Assembly: GCA_041567315.1 (NCBI GenBank)
Contig: JBFGCA010000009.1
Location: 339 to 64,338, forward strand
Direction of reading: 5' to 3'
Length of the DNA: 64,000 nucleotides
Origin: Thermoanaerobaculia bacterium
GTDB lineage: Bacteria; Acidobacteriota; Thermoanaerobaculia; Multivoradales; JAHEKO01
Below, one piece after another: positions 49,999-58,802 of this stretch (its first letter is position 1; each line of letters opens with the position of its first letter). The position numbers and the translations under genes are program-made. The notes below the pieces were generated by a model that made no database searches, was not told the DNA's origin, and saw only the letters and a program-made list of their open reading frames with translations.

Positions 49999-51081
49999 TC
50001 AGGGCAGGAGGATCACCTTCAGACACCCGTCCCGCCGCTCGGCGAAGAGCCTGTAGGCGGCCGGGCCGTCGGCGAGGGGCAGGCGGTGAGTGATCAGCGG
50101 GGCGAGGTCGGGGCTGCCGGTGCGGAGCAGGTCGAGGGCCATCGGCAGGTAGTGGCGCGCGGGGCAGCGGCCGGTCCGGAAGGTGAGGTTCCTGTCGTAG
50201 GCTTCGACCGGCGAGAAGGGCAGGGTGGGTGCGGTGTGGACGCCGACCGCCGCGACGGTGCCGCCGGGTCGGACGAGCTCGACGGCGAGGCGCAGCGCCG
50301 CCGGGCTGCCCACCGCCTCGACCGCCGCGTCGGCGCCGCGGCCGCCGGTGGTCTCGCGGACCGCGGCGGTGACCTCCGGGTCGGCGGCGTCGGGAGCTTT
50401 GGACTCGGCGTCCGGGGGACCGGCGTCGATGGGCTCGGCGCCGAGGCGCTCGGCGGCGCGCAGCCGCTCGGCGACCCGGTCGACGGCCAGGACGCGCTCG
50501 GCCCCGAGCTGGCGGCAGCCGACCACCGCCATCAAACCGACCGGCCCACAGCCCACTATCGCGGCCACGGCGCCGGGCGCGGCGCGGGCCATCTCGGCGC
50601 CGAAGAGCCCGGTCGAGAGCACGTCGCCGGCCAGCAGCGCCAGCTCGGACGGCACCTCTTCGGGGACCTCGACCAGGGTGGCGTCGGCCAGCGGCACCCG
50701 CACCCGCTCGGCCTGGCCGCCGTGGAGTCCCCGGCCGCCCTCGACCCAGCCGAAAAGCCGGCCCTGCTCGCAGCGCGCGGTGAGGCCCGAGCGGCAGAAG
50801 AAGCAGGCGCCGCAGCTGGTGGTGAAGGGGCTCACCACCCGGGCGCCGGGGCGCAGCCGGCGGACCGCGGCGCCGGTCTCGACCACCCGGCCCACGAACT
50901 CGTGGCCCAGCACGGTGCCGGTGTCGAGTCCGGTCTCGCGCCCGAAGTAGGGGTGGAGGTCGGAGCCGCAGATCCCGGCCACCTCGACCTCGACGAGGGC
51001 GTCGCCTTCGTCGGCGATCGCCGGCTCCGGGACCGTGTCGTAGAGGACGGTCTCGACGCCGCCGAAAGTCAGGGCCCGCAC
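49999..51081 (-). CDS. zinc-dependent alcohol dehydrogenase (MDR family)
   Basis: GICGSDLH, GHEFVG, structural-zinc Cys cluster (CGACFFCRSGLTARC) and Rossmann GCGPVG. Confidence 0.85.
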   Translation of the reverse strand: MRALTFGGVETVLYDTVPEPAIADEGDALVEVEVAGICGSDLHPYFGRETGLDTGTVLGHEFVGRVVETGAAVRRLRPGARVVSPFTTSCGACFFCRSGLTARCEQGRLFGWVEGGRGLHGGQAERVRVPLADATLVEVPEEVPSELALLAGDVLSTGLFGAEMARAAPGAVAAIVGCGPVGLMAVVGCRQLGAERVLAVDRVAERLRAAERLGAEPIDAGPPDAESKAPDAADPEVTAAVRETTGGRGADAAVEAVGSPAALRLAVELVRPGGTVAAVGVHTAPTLPFSPVEAYDRNLTFRTGRCPARHYLPMALDLLRTGSPDLAPLITHRLPLADGPAAYRLFAERRDGCLKVILLP

Positions 51082-51097
51082 GCGGCGAGTCTACGTC

Positions 51098-52126
51098 GTG
51101 CGGAGACGAAACCTGCTGCTACACTGCCTGGCCGTGAGCGGCCGGCCGACTCTCCTCCTGCTGGGCCTGGCGGCCGCGACCCTGGCCGGCTGCGGGGGAA
51201 GCGAAGACGCCGGGCCGGCCGCTCGCCGGTTCCTGTCGATCGGCACGGCGCCGCCGGGAGGCGCCTTCTTCGTGGTCGGTGGGGCTCTGGCCGAGGTGCT
51301 CGATCAACGGGGCGCCAGCGGCCCGATGGCCGGCTGGCGGGTCACCGCCGAGGCCACCAAGGGGACCCAGGAGAACCTCCGCCGGCTGGCCAGCGGCGAG
51401 CTGGACTTCGCGCTGGCCAACGCCGCCATCACCTACTTCGCGGTCCGCGGCGAGGGTGGCTGGGAGGCGCCCCAGCCGATTGAGGCGGTGATGACGCTGG
51501 CCCCCAACGTGGCGCTGTTCCTGGCCCGCGAGGGGTCGGGGATCCGGCGGATCGCCGACCTGGCGGGGCGGCGGGTGGTGATCGGTCCGGCCGGGGCCGG
51601 GTTCGAGTACTTCGTGGAGCCCATTCTCGAGGCCCACGGAGTGGGTCTCGAGGATCTCGTCGCCCTCAATGCCACCCAGGCCGGAGCGGTGGAGATGCTT
51701 GCCGACGGCTCGGCGGTGGCGGCCTTTCTGGGCGGGGCCGTGCCCACCGCGTCGATCACCCAGGCGGCGGCCGGCGGCGGCGTGAGCTTCGTGCCGTTCG
51801 ACGAGGAGGCGCTCGTGCGGCTGGCGGCGGACTATCCGTTCTTCGAGCGTGCCACCATCCCGGCCGGCACCTACCGCGGTCAGGACGTCGACTTCCAAGG
51901 GCTCAACGTCGGCTCGATGCACCTGGTGACCGCGGCCGGCCGCGACGACGAGCTGGTCTATCAGGTCACCCGGGCGCTTTGGGAGGGCCGCGAGCAGGTG
52001 GTCGAGAAGCACCCGGCCGGGCGCTTCATCCGCGCCGAGGTGGTGGTGCGCGACATTGGGACGCCGTTCCATCCGGGGGCGGAGCGCCTCTATCGCGAGC
52101 TCGGCATCTGGCCGGCGAGTCCGTGA
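51098..52126 (+). CDS. TAXI-family TRAP transporter solute-binding lipoprotein
   Basis: Lipobox LAGCGG. IGTAPPGGAFFVVGGALAEVL is the TAXI hallmark. Confidence 0.8.
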   Translation: MRRRNLLLHCLAVSGRPTLLLLGLAAATLAGCGGSEDAGPAARRFLSIGTAPPGGAFFVVGGALAEVLDQRGASGPMAGWRVTAEATKGTQENLRRLASGELDFALANAAITYFAVRGEGGWEAPQPIEAVMTLAPNVALFLAREGSGIRRIADLAGRRVVIGPAGAGFEYFVEPILEAHGVGLEDLVALNATQAGAVEMLADGSAVAAFLGGAVPTASITQAAAGGGVSFVPFDEEALVRLAADYPFFERATIPAGTYRGQDVDFQGLNVGSMHLVTAAGRDDELVYQVTRALWEGREQVVEKHPAGRFIRAEVVVRDIGTPFHPGAERLYRELGIWPASP

Positions 52127-52151
52127 GGCCGCCGGAGCCGGTCGCCTGCCG

Positions 52152-54107
52152 ATGAGCGCGCCGGCGGGCTCCGGCCGGCTGGCGGCCGCGGCGGGGCTGC
52201 TCCGCCGGGCGGCCGGCGTCGTGCTGCCGCTGTTCGTCCTGGCCGAGCTGAACTACCCGCGGCTGACGCCGCAATCGCAGCTGGCGATCTTCGTGGCGCT
52301 CGGCCTGGTGCTGTGTTTCCTCCCGGCCGGCGGCACCGGGGAGCGGCCGGCGCCGCCTCGACGGCCGGCCGTCGGTCTCGGCCTGGCGCTCCTCAGCCTT
52401 GCGGTCGGGGCTTATCTGGTCGTCCACAACGAGCCGGTCTTCGCGGGCTGGTGGCCAGCCGGTGGCTCGCTCGGCGACCGCGCCGGGGCCGAGACCGCGA
52501 CCGACCTGTTGGTGGGGGCGATCGGTCTGGCGCTGGTCCTGGAGGCGACCCGCCGCTCGCTGGGCTGGGCGCTACCGCTGCTGTCCGGGCTGTTCCTCGC
52601 CTACGCGGCCTGGGGGCGCTGGCTCCCCGACTGGCTGCTGCCGCACCGCGGCTACGGGGTCGAGCGCCTCGTCGCCCAGACCTTCATCCACAGCCAGGGC
52701 GTCTTCGGGGTGGCGCTCGGGGTGATGTTCAGCTACGTCTTCCTGTTCGTGGTGCTCGGCGCGCTGCTCGAGGCCTCGGGGGCGACCCGCTTCGTGCTCG
52801 ATGGCACCCGCCGGCTGCTCGGCGCCTCGCCCGGCGGGCCCGCCAAGGTGGCGGTGCTGAGCAGCGGGCTGATGGGGTCGCTGTCGGGTAGCGCGGTGGC
52901 CAACACCGCGACCACCGGCACCTTCACCATCCCGATGATGCGCCAGGCCGGCTTCCGGCCGCACGTCGCCGCCGGGCTGGAGGCGGCGGCCAGCTCGGGC
53001 GGCGCCCTGGTGCCGCCGGTGATGGGCGCCGGCGCCTACATGATGCTGGAGATCGTCGAGCCGCCGGTGACCTATCTGGAGATCCTGCGGGCGGCGCTGG
53101 TGCCGGCCTGCCTTTACTATCTGGCGCTCTATCTGATCGTCGACTTCCGGGCACGGCGGTTTGCCGATCGCGCGGTCCCGCCCGAGCCGGCGCCGGCCTC
53201 GGCCCTGCGCCGCTGGGAGGGGGTGGTGTTCGGCTCCGCCCTGGCCGGCCTCGTCCTGTTTCTGCTGCTCGGCTACAGCGTCTTCCGGGCGGTGACCCTG
53301 GCGCTTGCCGCCGTGCTGGTGACCGGGGCGCTCCATCGCCGGACCCGGCTCGGCTGGCGGCGTCTGCTGGCGGTGCTCGAGAAGGCGTCGAGCGACGGCG
53401 TGGCGCTGGTGGCGGCGGCGGCCAGCGTGGGCGTCGTCCTGGGCGTCGTCACCCTGACCGGGGTCGGCACCCGGTTGCCGGCACTCATCCTGCCGCTGGC
53501 GCAGGACCACCTGCTGCTGGCCCTGGCCGCCATCATGGGCTCGTCCATCCTGCTCGGCATGGGGCTGCCGTCGGCGGTCTGCTATCTGCTGCTGGCGACC
53601 CTCGTCGGTCCGGTGCTCGGGCGGCTGGGGGTGGTGCCCCTGGCCGCGCATCTGTTCATCTTCTACTTCGGTCTGATGTCGATGGTGACGCCGCCGGTGG
53701 CCCTGGCCGCCTACGCCGCCAGCGCCATCGCCGGCTCGGACTTCCTGCGCACCAGCTTCGCCGCCTTTCGCTTCGCCGGCATCGGCTTCGTGCTGCCGTT
53801 TCTCTTCGTGCTCCGCCCGCAACTGCTGCTGCTGGCCCCCGACGGCGGTCCGGCGGGGCTCGGCGAGGTGATGGGCGCGCTGGGGCCGACGCTGGTCGGT
53901 CTGGTGGCGCTGGCGGCCGCGGTCGCCGGCCATCTGCGGCGGCCGCTGGGCCCGGGGCTGCGGCTGCTGCTGCTGGCGGCCGCCGCCCTGGCGATGCTGC
54001 CGCTTGCGCCGGGCGGCTGGGGCTGGAATCTGGCGGGCGTGGCGCTCTGCGCGGCCGCCCTGTGGCTGGGTTGGCGGCCGGCCGCAGCGACCACTGCCGA
54101 GGGCTGA
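52152..54107 (+). CDS. TRAP transporter fused permease (TAXI-associated 4TM/12TM fusion)
   Basis: ~650 aa polytopic protein directly after the TAXI SBP. ATG at 52152. Confidence 0.8.
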   Translation: MSAPAGSGRLAAAAGLLRRAAGVVLPLFVLAELNYPRLTPQSQLAIFVALGLVLCFLPAGGTGERPAPPRRPAVGLGLALLSLAVGAYLVVHNEPVFAGWWPAGGSLGDRAGAETATDLLVGAIGLALVLEATRRSLGWALPLLSGLFLAYAAWGRWLPDWLLPHRGYGVERLVAQTFIHSQGVFGVALGVMFSYVFLFVVLGALLEASGATRFVLDGTRRLLGASPGGPAKVAVLSSGLMGSLSGSAVANTATTGTFTIPMMRQAGFRPHVAAGLEAAASSGGALVPPVMGAGAYMMLEIVEPPVTYLEILRAALVPACLYYLALYLIVDFRARRFADRAVPPEPAPASALRRWEGVVFGSALAGLVLFLLLGYSVFRAVTLALAAVLVTGALHRRTRLGWRRLLAVLEKASSDGVALVAAAASVGVVLGVVTLTGVGTRLPALILPLAQDHLLLALAAIMGSSILLGMGLPSAVCYLLLATLVGPVLGRLGVVPLAAHLFIFYFGLMSMVTPPVALAAYAASAIAGSDFLRTSFAAFRFAGIGFVLPFLFVLRPQLLLLAPDGGPAGLGEVMGALGPTLVGLVALAAAVAGHLRRPLGPGLRLLLLAAAALAMLPLAPGGWGWNLAGVALCAAALWLGWRPAAATTAEG

Positions 54108-54161
54108 ACGAAGGTCGGCCAGCGGCTTCCGCGACGGTCGCTGCAACCCGTGGCCGTGGGT

Positions 54162-55955
54162 TCAGGAAGCGGGGGCCGAGTCGACTTCCGCTCCGCCGGC
54201 GTCGGGCGCCGCGGTCGCCGGTGACGCTTTGCGCGAGCCCCGCCGCGAACGCCGGCGTCGGCGAGAGCGTGATTTGGCGCTGGACTGGGGCTTGCCGTCG
54301 CCGCCGGCGGCGGGCTCGGACGCCGGCTTCGCCGCCTCGGTGGCCGCGGTCTGCGCCTCGTCCTTGGCAGCTCCCGACCGGCGGCCGCGGCGCCGGCGGG
54401 AGGGCCGGCGAGCACCGCTCTTGGCGCGGCTCTCGGCGGCCTGGGCCGCCGGCTGCCGCTCACTCTCATCCGGCTTGCCCGGTGACCCGCTCGCCCACTC
54501 GATCCGCCGGTCGGAGCGGTGGAGGGCGGTGGAGGCGAGGATCTCGACCCGGATCCCGAACTCCTGCTCGAGCGCCGCCAGCTCGCGGCGGCGGCCGTTC
54601 TGGACGGCGTCGGCCAGCTCGGGGTGGAGGGCGATCCGCACGCCCGAGATGTTGCCGGCGGCGGCCCGCGCCTCGACCATCCGCAGCAGGGTGAGCCCCA
54701 CCATCTCGGGGCTGGCCAGCCGGCCGGTGCCCTTGCAGGTGGGGCAGGCGCGGTGGGTGCGCAGGTGGAGGGCCTTCTCCAGGCGCTGGCGGTTGACCTC
54801 GAGCAGGCCGTTGGAGCTGAGGCGGCCCACCGAGGTGCGGGCGCGGTCGCTCTTGAGCGCCTCGCGCATCGCCTTCTCGACCTGCCGCCGGTTGCGACCG
54901 GCCCGCATGTCGATGAAGTCGACGACGACCAGCCCGCCGATGTCGCGCAGCCGGAGCTGCCGCGCCACCTCGGGCGCCGCCTCCAGGTTGGTCTTGACCG
55001 CGGTCTCCTCCTGGCTGGCGGCACCGGTCGAGCGGCCCGAGTTGACGTCGATCGAGACCAGCGCCTCGGTGGGCTCGATGACGATCGAGCCGCCGCTCGG
55101 CAGCTCCACCCGGCGCTCGTAGATGCTCTCGATCTGGTCCTCGAGCTTGAAGCGCGAGAACAGCGGGGTGCGCTCCTGGTAACGCACCAGTCGGGTGCGC
55201 GACCGCGGCATGAAGGCGCGCATGTACTCGCGCGACTTCTGATAGGCGCGATCGTCGTCGGCCAGCACCTCGTGGATGGAGCTGTCCAGGTAGTCGCGCA
55301 GCGCCCGCACGATCAGATCCTGGTCGCTGTAGATGAGCTGGGTGCCGCGCCCCTGCCGGGCCTCGGCGCGGACCCGTTTCCACAGCCGCAGCAGGGCGGT
55401 GAGGTCGCGGTTGAGCGCCGTCTTGTTCTGGTCGAGGGCGTTGGTGCGGATGATGACGCCGCAGCCGTCGGGCCGGTCGAGTTTCTGGGCCAGCTCCTTG
55501 AGCTCGCGGCGGGTGTCGTCGTCCTCCACCTTGCGGGACACCCCGACGGTGTCGTCGAAGGGCTTGAGCACCAGGTAGCGTCCCGCCAGGCTGAGGTTGG
55601 TGGTCAGCGTGGCGCCCTTGTCGCGCTCGGCGTCCTTGGTCACCTGGACGATGATCGGGCGCCCCTTCTCGAGCACTTCCTCGATCCGCGCCCGGCGGCC
55701 CTCGGCCGGCTCGTGGTAGTAGGCCTCCGGCACGACATCCTGGATGGCCAGGAAGCCGTTGCGCTCGGCGCCGTAGTCCACGAAGGCGGCGTTGAGGCTG
55801 GGTTGGACGGCGTTGATGACGCCGCGGTAGATGTTGCCGCGGGTGAGGCCGCGCTCGGCGACCTCCACCTGGTAGTTCTCCATCCGGTCGCCGTCGACGA
55901 CGGCGACCCGCACCTCTTCCGGGGTGCGGGCATTGATCAACATGCGACGTGACAT
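54162..55955 (-). CDS. ribonuclease E/G family endoribonuclease (short RNase E-like, with Zn-link)
   Basis: S1 domain (NIYRGVINAVQPSLNAAFVDYG). DNase-I-like core. CPTCKGTG Zn-link. Arg-rich C-terminal tail. ATG at 55955 with GGAG 7 nt upstream. Confidence 0.85.
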   Translation of the reverse strand: MSRRMLINARTPEEVRVAVVDGDRMENYQVEVAERGLTRGNIYRGVINAVQPSLNAAFVDYGAERNGFLAIQDVVPEAYYHEPAEGRRARIEEVLEKGRPIIVQVTKDAERDKGATLTTNLSLAGRYLVLKPFDDTVGVSRKVEDDDTRRELKELAQKLDRPDGCGVIIRTNALDQNKTALNRDLTALLRLWKRVRAEARQGRGTQLIYSDQDLIVRALRDYLDSSIHEVLADDDRAYQKSREYMRAFMPRSRTRLVRYQERTPLFSRFKLEDQIESIYERRVELPSGGSIVIEPTEALVSIDVNSGRSTGAASQEETAVKTNLEAAPEVARQLRLRDIGGLVVVDFIDMRAGRNRRQVEKAMREALKSDRARTSVGRLSSNGLLEVNRQRLEKALHLRTHRACPTCKGTGRLASPEMVGLTLLRMVEARAAAGNISGVRIALHPELADAVQNGRRRELAALEQEFGIRVEILASTALHRSDRRIEWASGSPGKPDESERQPAAQAAESRAKSGARRPSRRRRGRRSGAAKDEAQTAATEAAKPASEPAAGGDGKPQSSAKSRSRRRRRSRRGSRKASPATAAPDAGGAEVDSAPAS

Positions 55956-56256
55956 GGGGTCTCCTGAAGGGATCGGGGGCGGGCGGCGCAGGTCGAGCCG
56001 GGGAACCGGCCCCGGAACGTGGCCCGCCGAGGGGGCGTGTCGTCGGTAGATAACGGCAAAGCGGGTGGGGAGCGGAGCCGCCACCGGCGTTTCGGGTCCG
56101 CCGGGCTCGGGCTGCGGGGGCGCCGGAGCTGTCGACCGCGGGTGGCGGCGTGGGCCGCCCGCCGCGTCCACCCACCGCGGAGGTTAGCCTATCAGGAGTT
56201 CGCCCCGTTCTGCCGGTTTTGCGAGATTCGCCGCCCCGAGGGCGTCCTGGAGGGGT

Positions 56257-56856
56257 ATGAGCGGGTACGTGGAGCGTGGGCCGGGCCGCAGGCCTCTCCG
56301 GGAGCGGCTTCTCCGGGGCTTCGCGATCGCGTCGCTGATCGTCGGCCTCACGGCGGAGCCAGGTGGCGTGGCCCCGGGGTGGGCGGCGAAGGCGGCGGAG
56401 CCGCCGGCGGTTGCGTCCGGCGCCTGCGAGCCGCCGCCGGTGGTCGACGAGCCACCGGTCCCCGAGCCGATCCGGATCGGCCCTGCGGAGGCGCCGCCGC
56501 CCGAGCTCCGGCGGCGGATGGCCGGTTGGCATCGCGGCTACGGGACGCAGATGGAGGCCGTCAAGCGCGCCTGGCTGGCGGCGCTGCGCCTCGCCGCGGC
56601 CCGCCGGGCCCTGGTCAGTGCCCCCGAGTGCCGGGCCCTGGGCCGCAGTCTCCACGCGCTCGAGGTCGACCGCCTCTTCCGGGTGCCCGATCCGTTGGCG
56701 GAGCGCCACCTGGTCCGGGCGCTCCGCGAGCTGGCGCAGGCCGCCGACAGCTGCCGCAAGGGCCGCTATTTCGACTTCACCTGGCGGCTCGAGGCGGCGG
56801 CCCTGGCCCTCGCCGACCTCCGCCGACAGCTGGCCCTCTACGGCCTCGAACCGTGA
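56257..56856 (+). CDS. hypothetical membrane-anchored/periplasmic protein (weak call)
   Basis: N-terminal TM (GFAIASLIVGL). No family recognised. Start uncertain. Confidence 0.4.
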   Translation: MSGYVERGPGRRPLRERLLRGFAIASLIVGLTAEPGGVAPGWAAKAAEPPAVASGACEPPPVVDEPPVPEPIRIGPAEAPPPELRRRMAGWHRGYGTQMEAVKRAWLAALRLAAARRALVSAPECRALGRSLHALEVDRLFRVPDPLAERHLVRALRELAQAADSCRKGRYFDFTWRLEAAALALADLRRQLALYGLEP

Positions 56857-56929
56857 CCCGGACGGTGGCCGGCTCGAGCCCAGCCGGCTCCAAGCAGCGT
56901 CGATACCTGCTCGAAGTAGTAGCTGAGGT

Positions 56930-56958
56930 GCTTGCAAAGTCAAGTCAATGCATTCATA
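56930..56958 (+). promoter_or_regulatory. near-consensus sigma70 promoter of vapBC (TTGCAA-N17-CATAAT), leaderless or very short leader
   Basis: TTGCAAAGTCAAGTCAATGCATTCATAAT. The -10 ends 8 nt before the vapB ATG. Locally AT-rich. Contains direct repeat AGTCAAGTCAA. Confidence 0.5.
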
Positions 56959-56966
56959 ATGAAGGT

Positions 56967-57203
56967 ATGCCCGTGCAGCTCACCATTCGGAACGTCCCCG
57001 ACGAAGTCCGCGCGGAGCTGGCGGCGCGGGCAGCGCTCCGGGGCCAGTCGATGCAGGAGTACCTACGGGCGGAGCTGGTGAGGCTGGCGGCGCGGCCCTC
57101 GATCGACCGCTGGCTCGGTGAGGTTCGGCGCCGCAAGCGAGCCGCCGGGACCAGGGTGCCGCCCGACCGGATCCTGGAGCATCGGGACGCCGACCGGCGG
57201 TGA
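56967..57203 (+). CDS. vapB: VapB/FitA-type ribbon-helix-helix antitoxin
   Basis: MPVQLTIRNVPDEVRAELAARAALRGQSMQEYLRAEL. Confidence 0.8.
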   Translation: MPVQLTIRNVPDEVRAELAARAALRGQSMQEYLRAELVRLAARPSIDRWLGEVRRRKRAAGTRVPPDRILEHRDADRR

Positions 57204-57601
57204 GCGCCGTCGTCGATGCCTCGGTGCTGGTCGCGGCAGCCGTCGACGTTGGAGCGGAGGGGTCGTGGGCGGAGGGCATCGTCGCCGAGCCACCGCTGGC
57301 CGCACCCTCGCTGGTGCTCGCCGAGGCCTCCAACATCCTGCGGCGGCTCGAGAGCTGCGGGCAGGTGAGCCGGTTCGAGGCGACCGCGGCCCAGGAGGAT
57401 CTCGTCCGTCTCGACCTGGAGCTCTTCCCGTTCGAGCCGATGGCCGCCAGGGTCTGGCAGCTGCGGCACAACCTCACCTGTTACGACGCCTGGTACGTGG
57501 CCGTCGCCGAGGCGCTGGATCTGCCGCTGGCGACTCTCGATGAGCGCCTGAGCCGGGCTTCCGGCCCGAACTGCCGTTTCCTGACTCCGGGGCTGAGCTA
57601 A
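57200..57601 (+). CDS. vapC: VapC PIN-domain toxin
   Basis: GTG start overlapping the vapB stop (GTGA). VVDASVLV...LAEASNILRR...CYDAWYVAVAEAL are PIN acidic-residue blocks. Confidence 0.8.
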   Translation: MSAVVDASVLVAAAVDVGAEGSWAEGIVAEPPLAAPSLVLAEASNILRRLESCGQVSRFEATAAQEDLVRLDLELFPFEPMAARVWQLRHNLTCYDAWYVAVAEALDLPLATLDERLSRASGPNCRFLTPGLS

Positions 57602-57650
57602 GCGCCGACTCCGGTGGGGCGCGGTACCATGCGCGGCCTGTGGGGCGCGC

Positions 57651-58802
57651 GTGGACCCGGTGACGCATACGTTGGTCGGGGCCTCGCTGGCCGCGACGAG
57701 GCTCGGGGAGCGGACCCGCTTCGCCTGGCCGGCACTGATCGTCGGGGCCAATCTCCCGGACCTCGACGTGCTGGCCTACGCGGCCGGTGGCGACGCGGCG
57801 CTCGGCTTCCGCCGCGGGTGGACCCACGGCGTCCCAGCGCTCCTGGTGCTGCCGGCCCTGCTGGCGGCGTGTCTATGGCTGATCGGCCGCCATCGCCGAC
57901 CCCGACCCGAGGTGCCAGCCGTTTCGGCGGGCCGACCTGAGGTGCCAGCCGTTTCGGCGGGCCGACCTGAGGTGCCAGCCGTTTCGGCGGGCTGGCTGGT
58001 GGCCCTCTGCTACCTGGCGGTGGTCACCCACCCTGTCCTCGACTGGCTCAACACCTACGGCATGCGCTGGTGGATGCCCATCCGCGGCGACTGGAGCTAC
58101 GGCGACGCGGTCTTCATCATGGACCCCTGGCTGTGGCTGATCCTGGGGGCCGGGTTCCTGCTCGGCCGCCGGGCGGCACCGGGCCCGGTGGCCGCCTGGG
58201 CCCTCGCCTCCGGCCTCCTGCTGGCGGTGGTGGCGGGCCGCTCTTCCGAGCACCTGCCCGCGGTCGTGGCCGTGGCGATCGCACTGCTGGCGGCGCTGCT
58301 GTGGCGGCCCTCCGGCAGGTCGACCCGGCGGCGGGCGGCTGCCGCCGGGCTCACGATCGCGGTGCTCTACGCCGCCGGGATGGTCACCCTGCACGGGCTC
58401 ACCGAATCCCGGGTGCTGCGCGAGCTGGGCCACTCCGCGCTGGGTGCGCCCGAGCGCTGGATGGTCGGCCCGATGCCGGCCGACCCCTTCACCTGGGACG
58501 TGGTCGCCCAGCACGGCGGCGAGTACCGGTTCGGCCGCTTCGCCTGGCGGGGCGGCGGCCGCCTGACCCTGGAGGAGAGAGGCCGTCCGGTGGCCACCGG
58601 AGATCCGGTCTGGCAGCGGGTGCTCGCCAGCGGCCAGGCCCAGGGCTTCCTGACCTGGGTCCGCTTCCCGTGGCTCGAGACCGAGCCCGACGGGCAGGGC
58701 GGTCTGCGGGTCCACCTCATGGACGCGCGCTACGCGCGCCAGCGGCGCCGGGGATTCGGCGCCACCCTGGTCCGACTGCCGGGCCCGGAGCCCGCCCCGT
58801 GA
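57651..58802 (+). CDS. YdjM-like membrane-bound metal-dependent hydrolase (DUF457) with C-terminal extension
   Basis: MDPVTHTLVGASLA opening typical of the family. Polytopic. Contains a triplicated RPEVPAVSAG loop. Confidence 0.6.
   Translation: MDPVTHTLVGASLAATRLGERTRFAWPALIVGANLPDLDVLAYAAGGDAALGFRRGWTHGVPALLVLPALLAACLWLIGRHRRPRPEVPAVSAGRPEVPAVSAGRPEVPAVSAGWLVALCYLAVVTHPVLDWLNTYGMRWWMPIRGDWSYGDAVFIMDPWLWLILGAGFLLGRRAAPGPVAAWALASGLLLAVVAGRSSEHLPAVVAVAIALLAALLWRPSGRSTRRRAAAAGLTIAVLYAAGMVTLHGLTESRVLRELGHSALGAPERWMVGPMPADPFTWDVVAQHGGEYRFGRFAWRGGGRLTLEERGRPVATGDPVWQRVLASGQAQGFLTWVRFPWLETEPDGQGGLRVHLMDARYARQRRRGFGATLVRLPGPEPAP
57901..57990 (+). repeat. 3 x 30-bp tandem repeat (two copies identical, first copy 2 mismatches) inside the YdjM-like CDS
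   Basis: GCCGACCTGAGGTGCCAGCCGTTTCGGCGG at 57931-57960 and 57961-57990. Variant copy at 57901-57930. Confidence 0.9.

Noticed and set aside
56019-56966. First 316 codons of the 394-aa ORF at 56019-57203
   Set aside because: Only the last ~79 codons (from 56967, VapB) look like a real protein. The rest is an Arg/Gly/Ala-rich read-through of the leader region.
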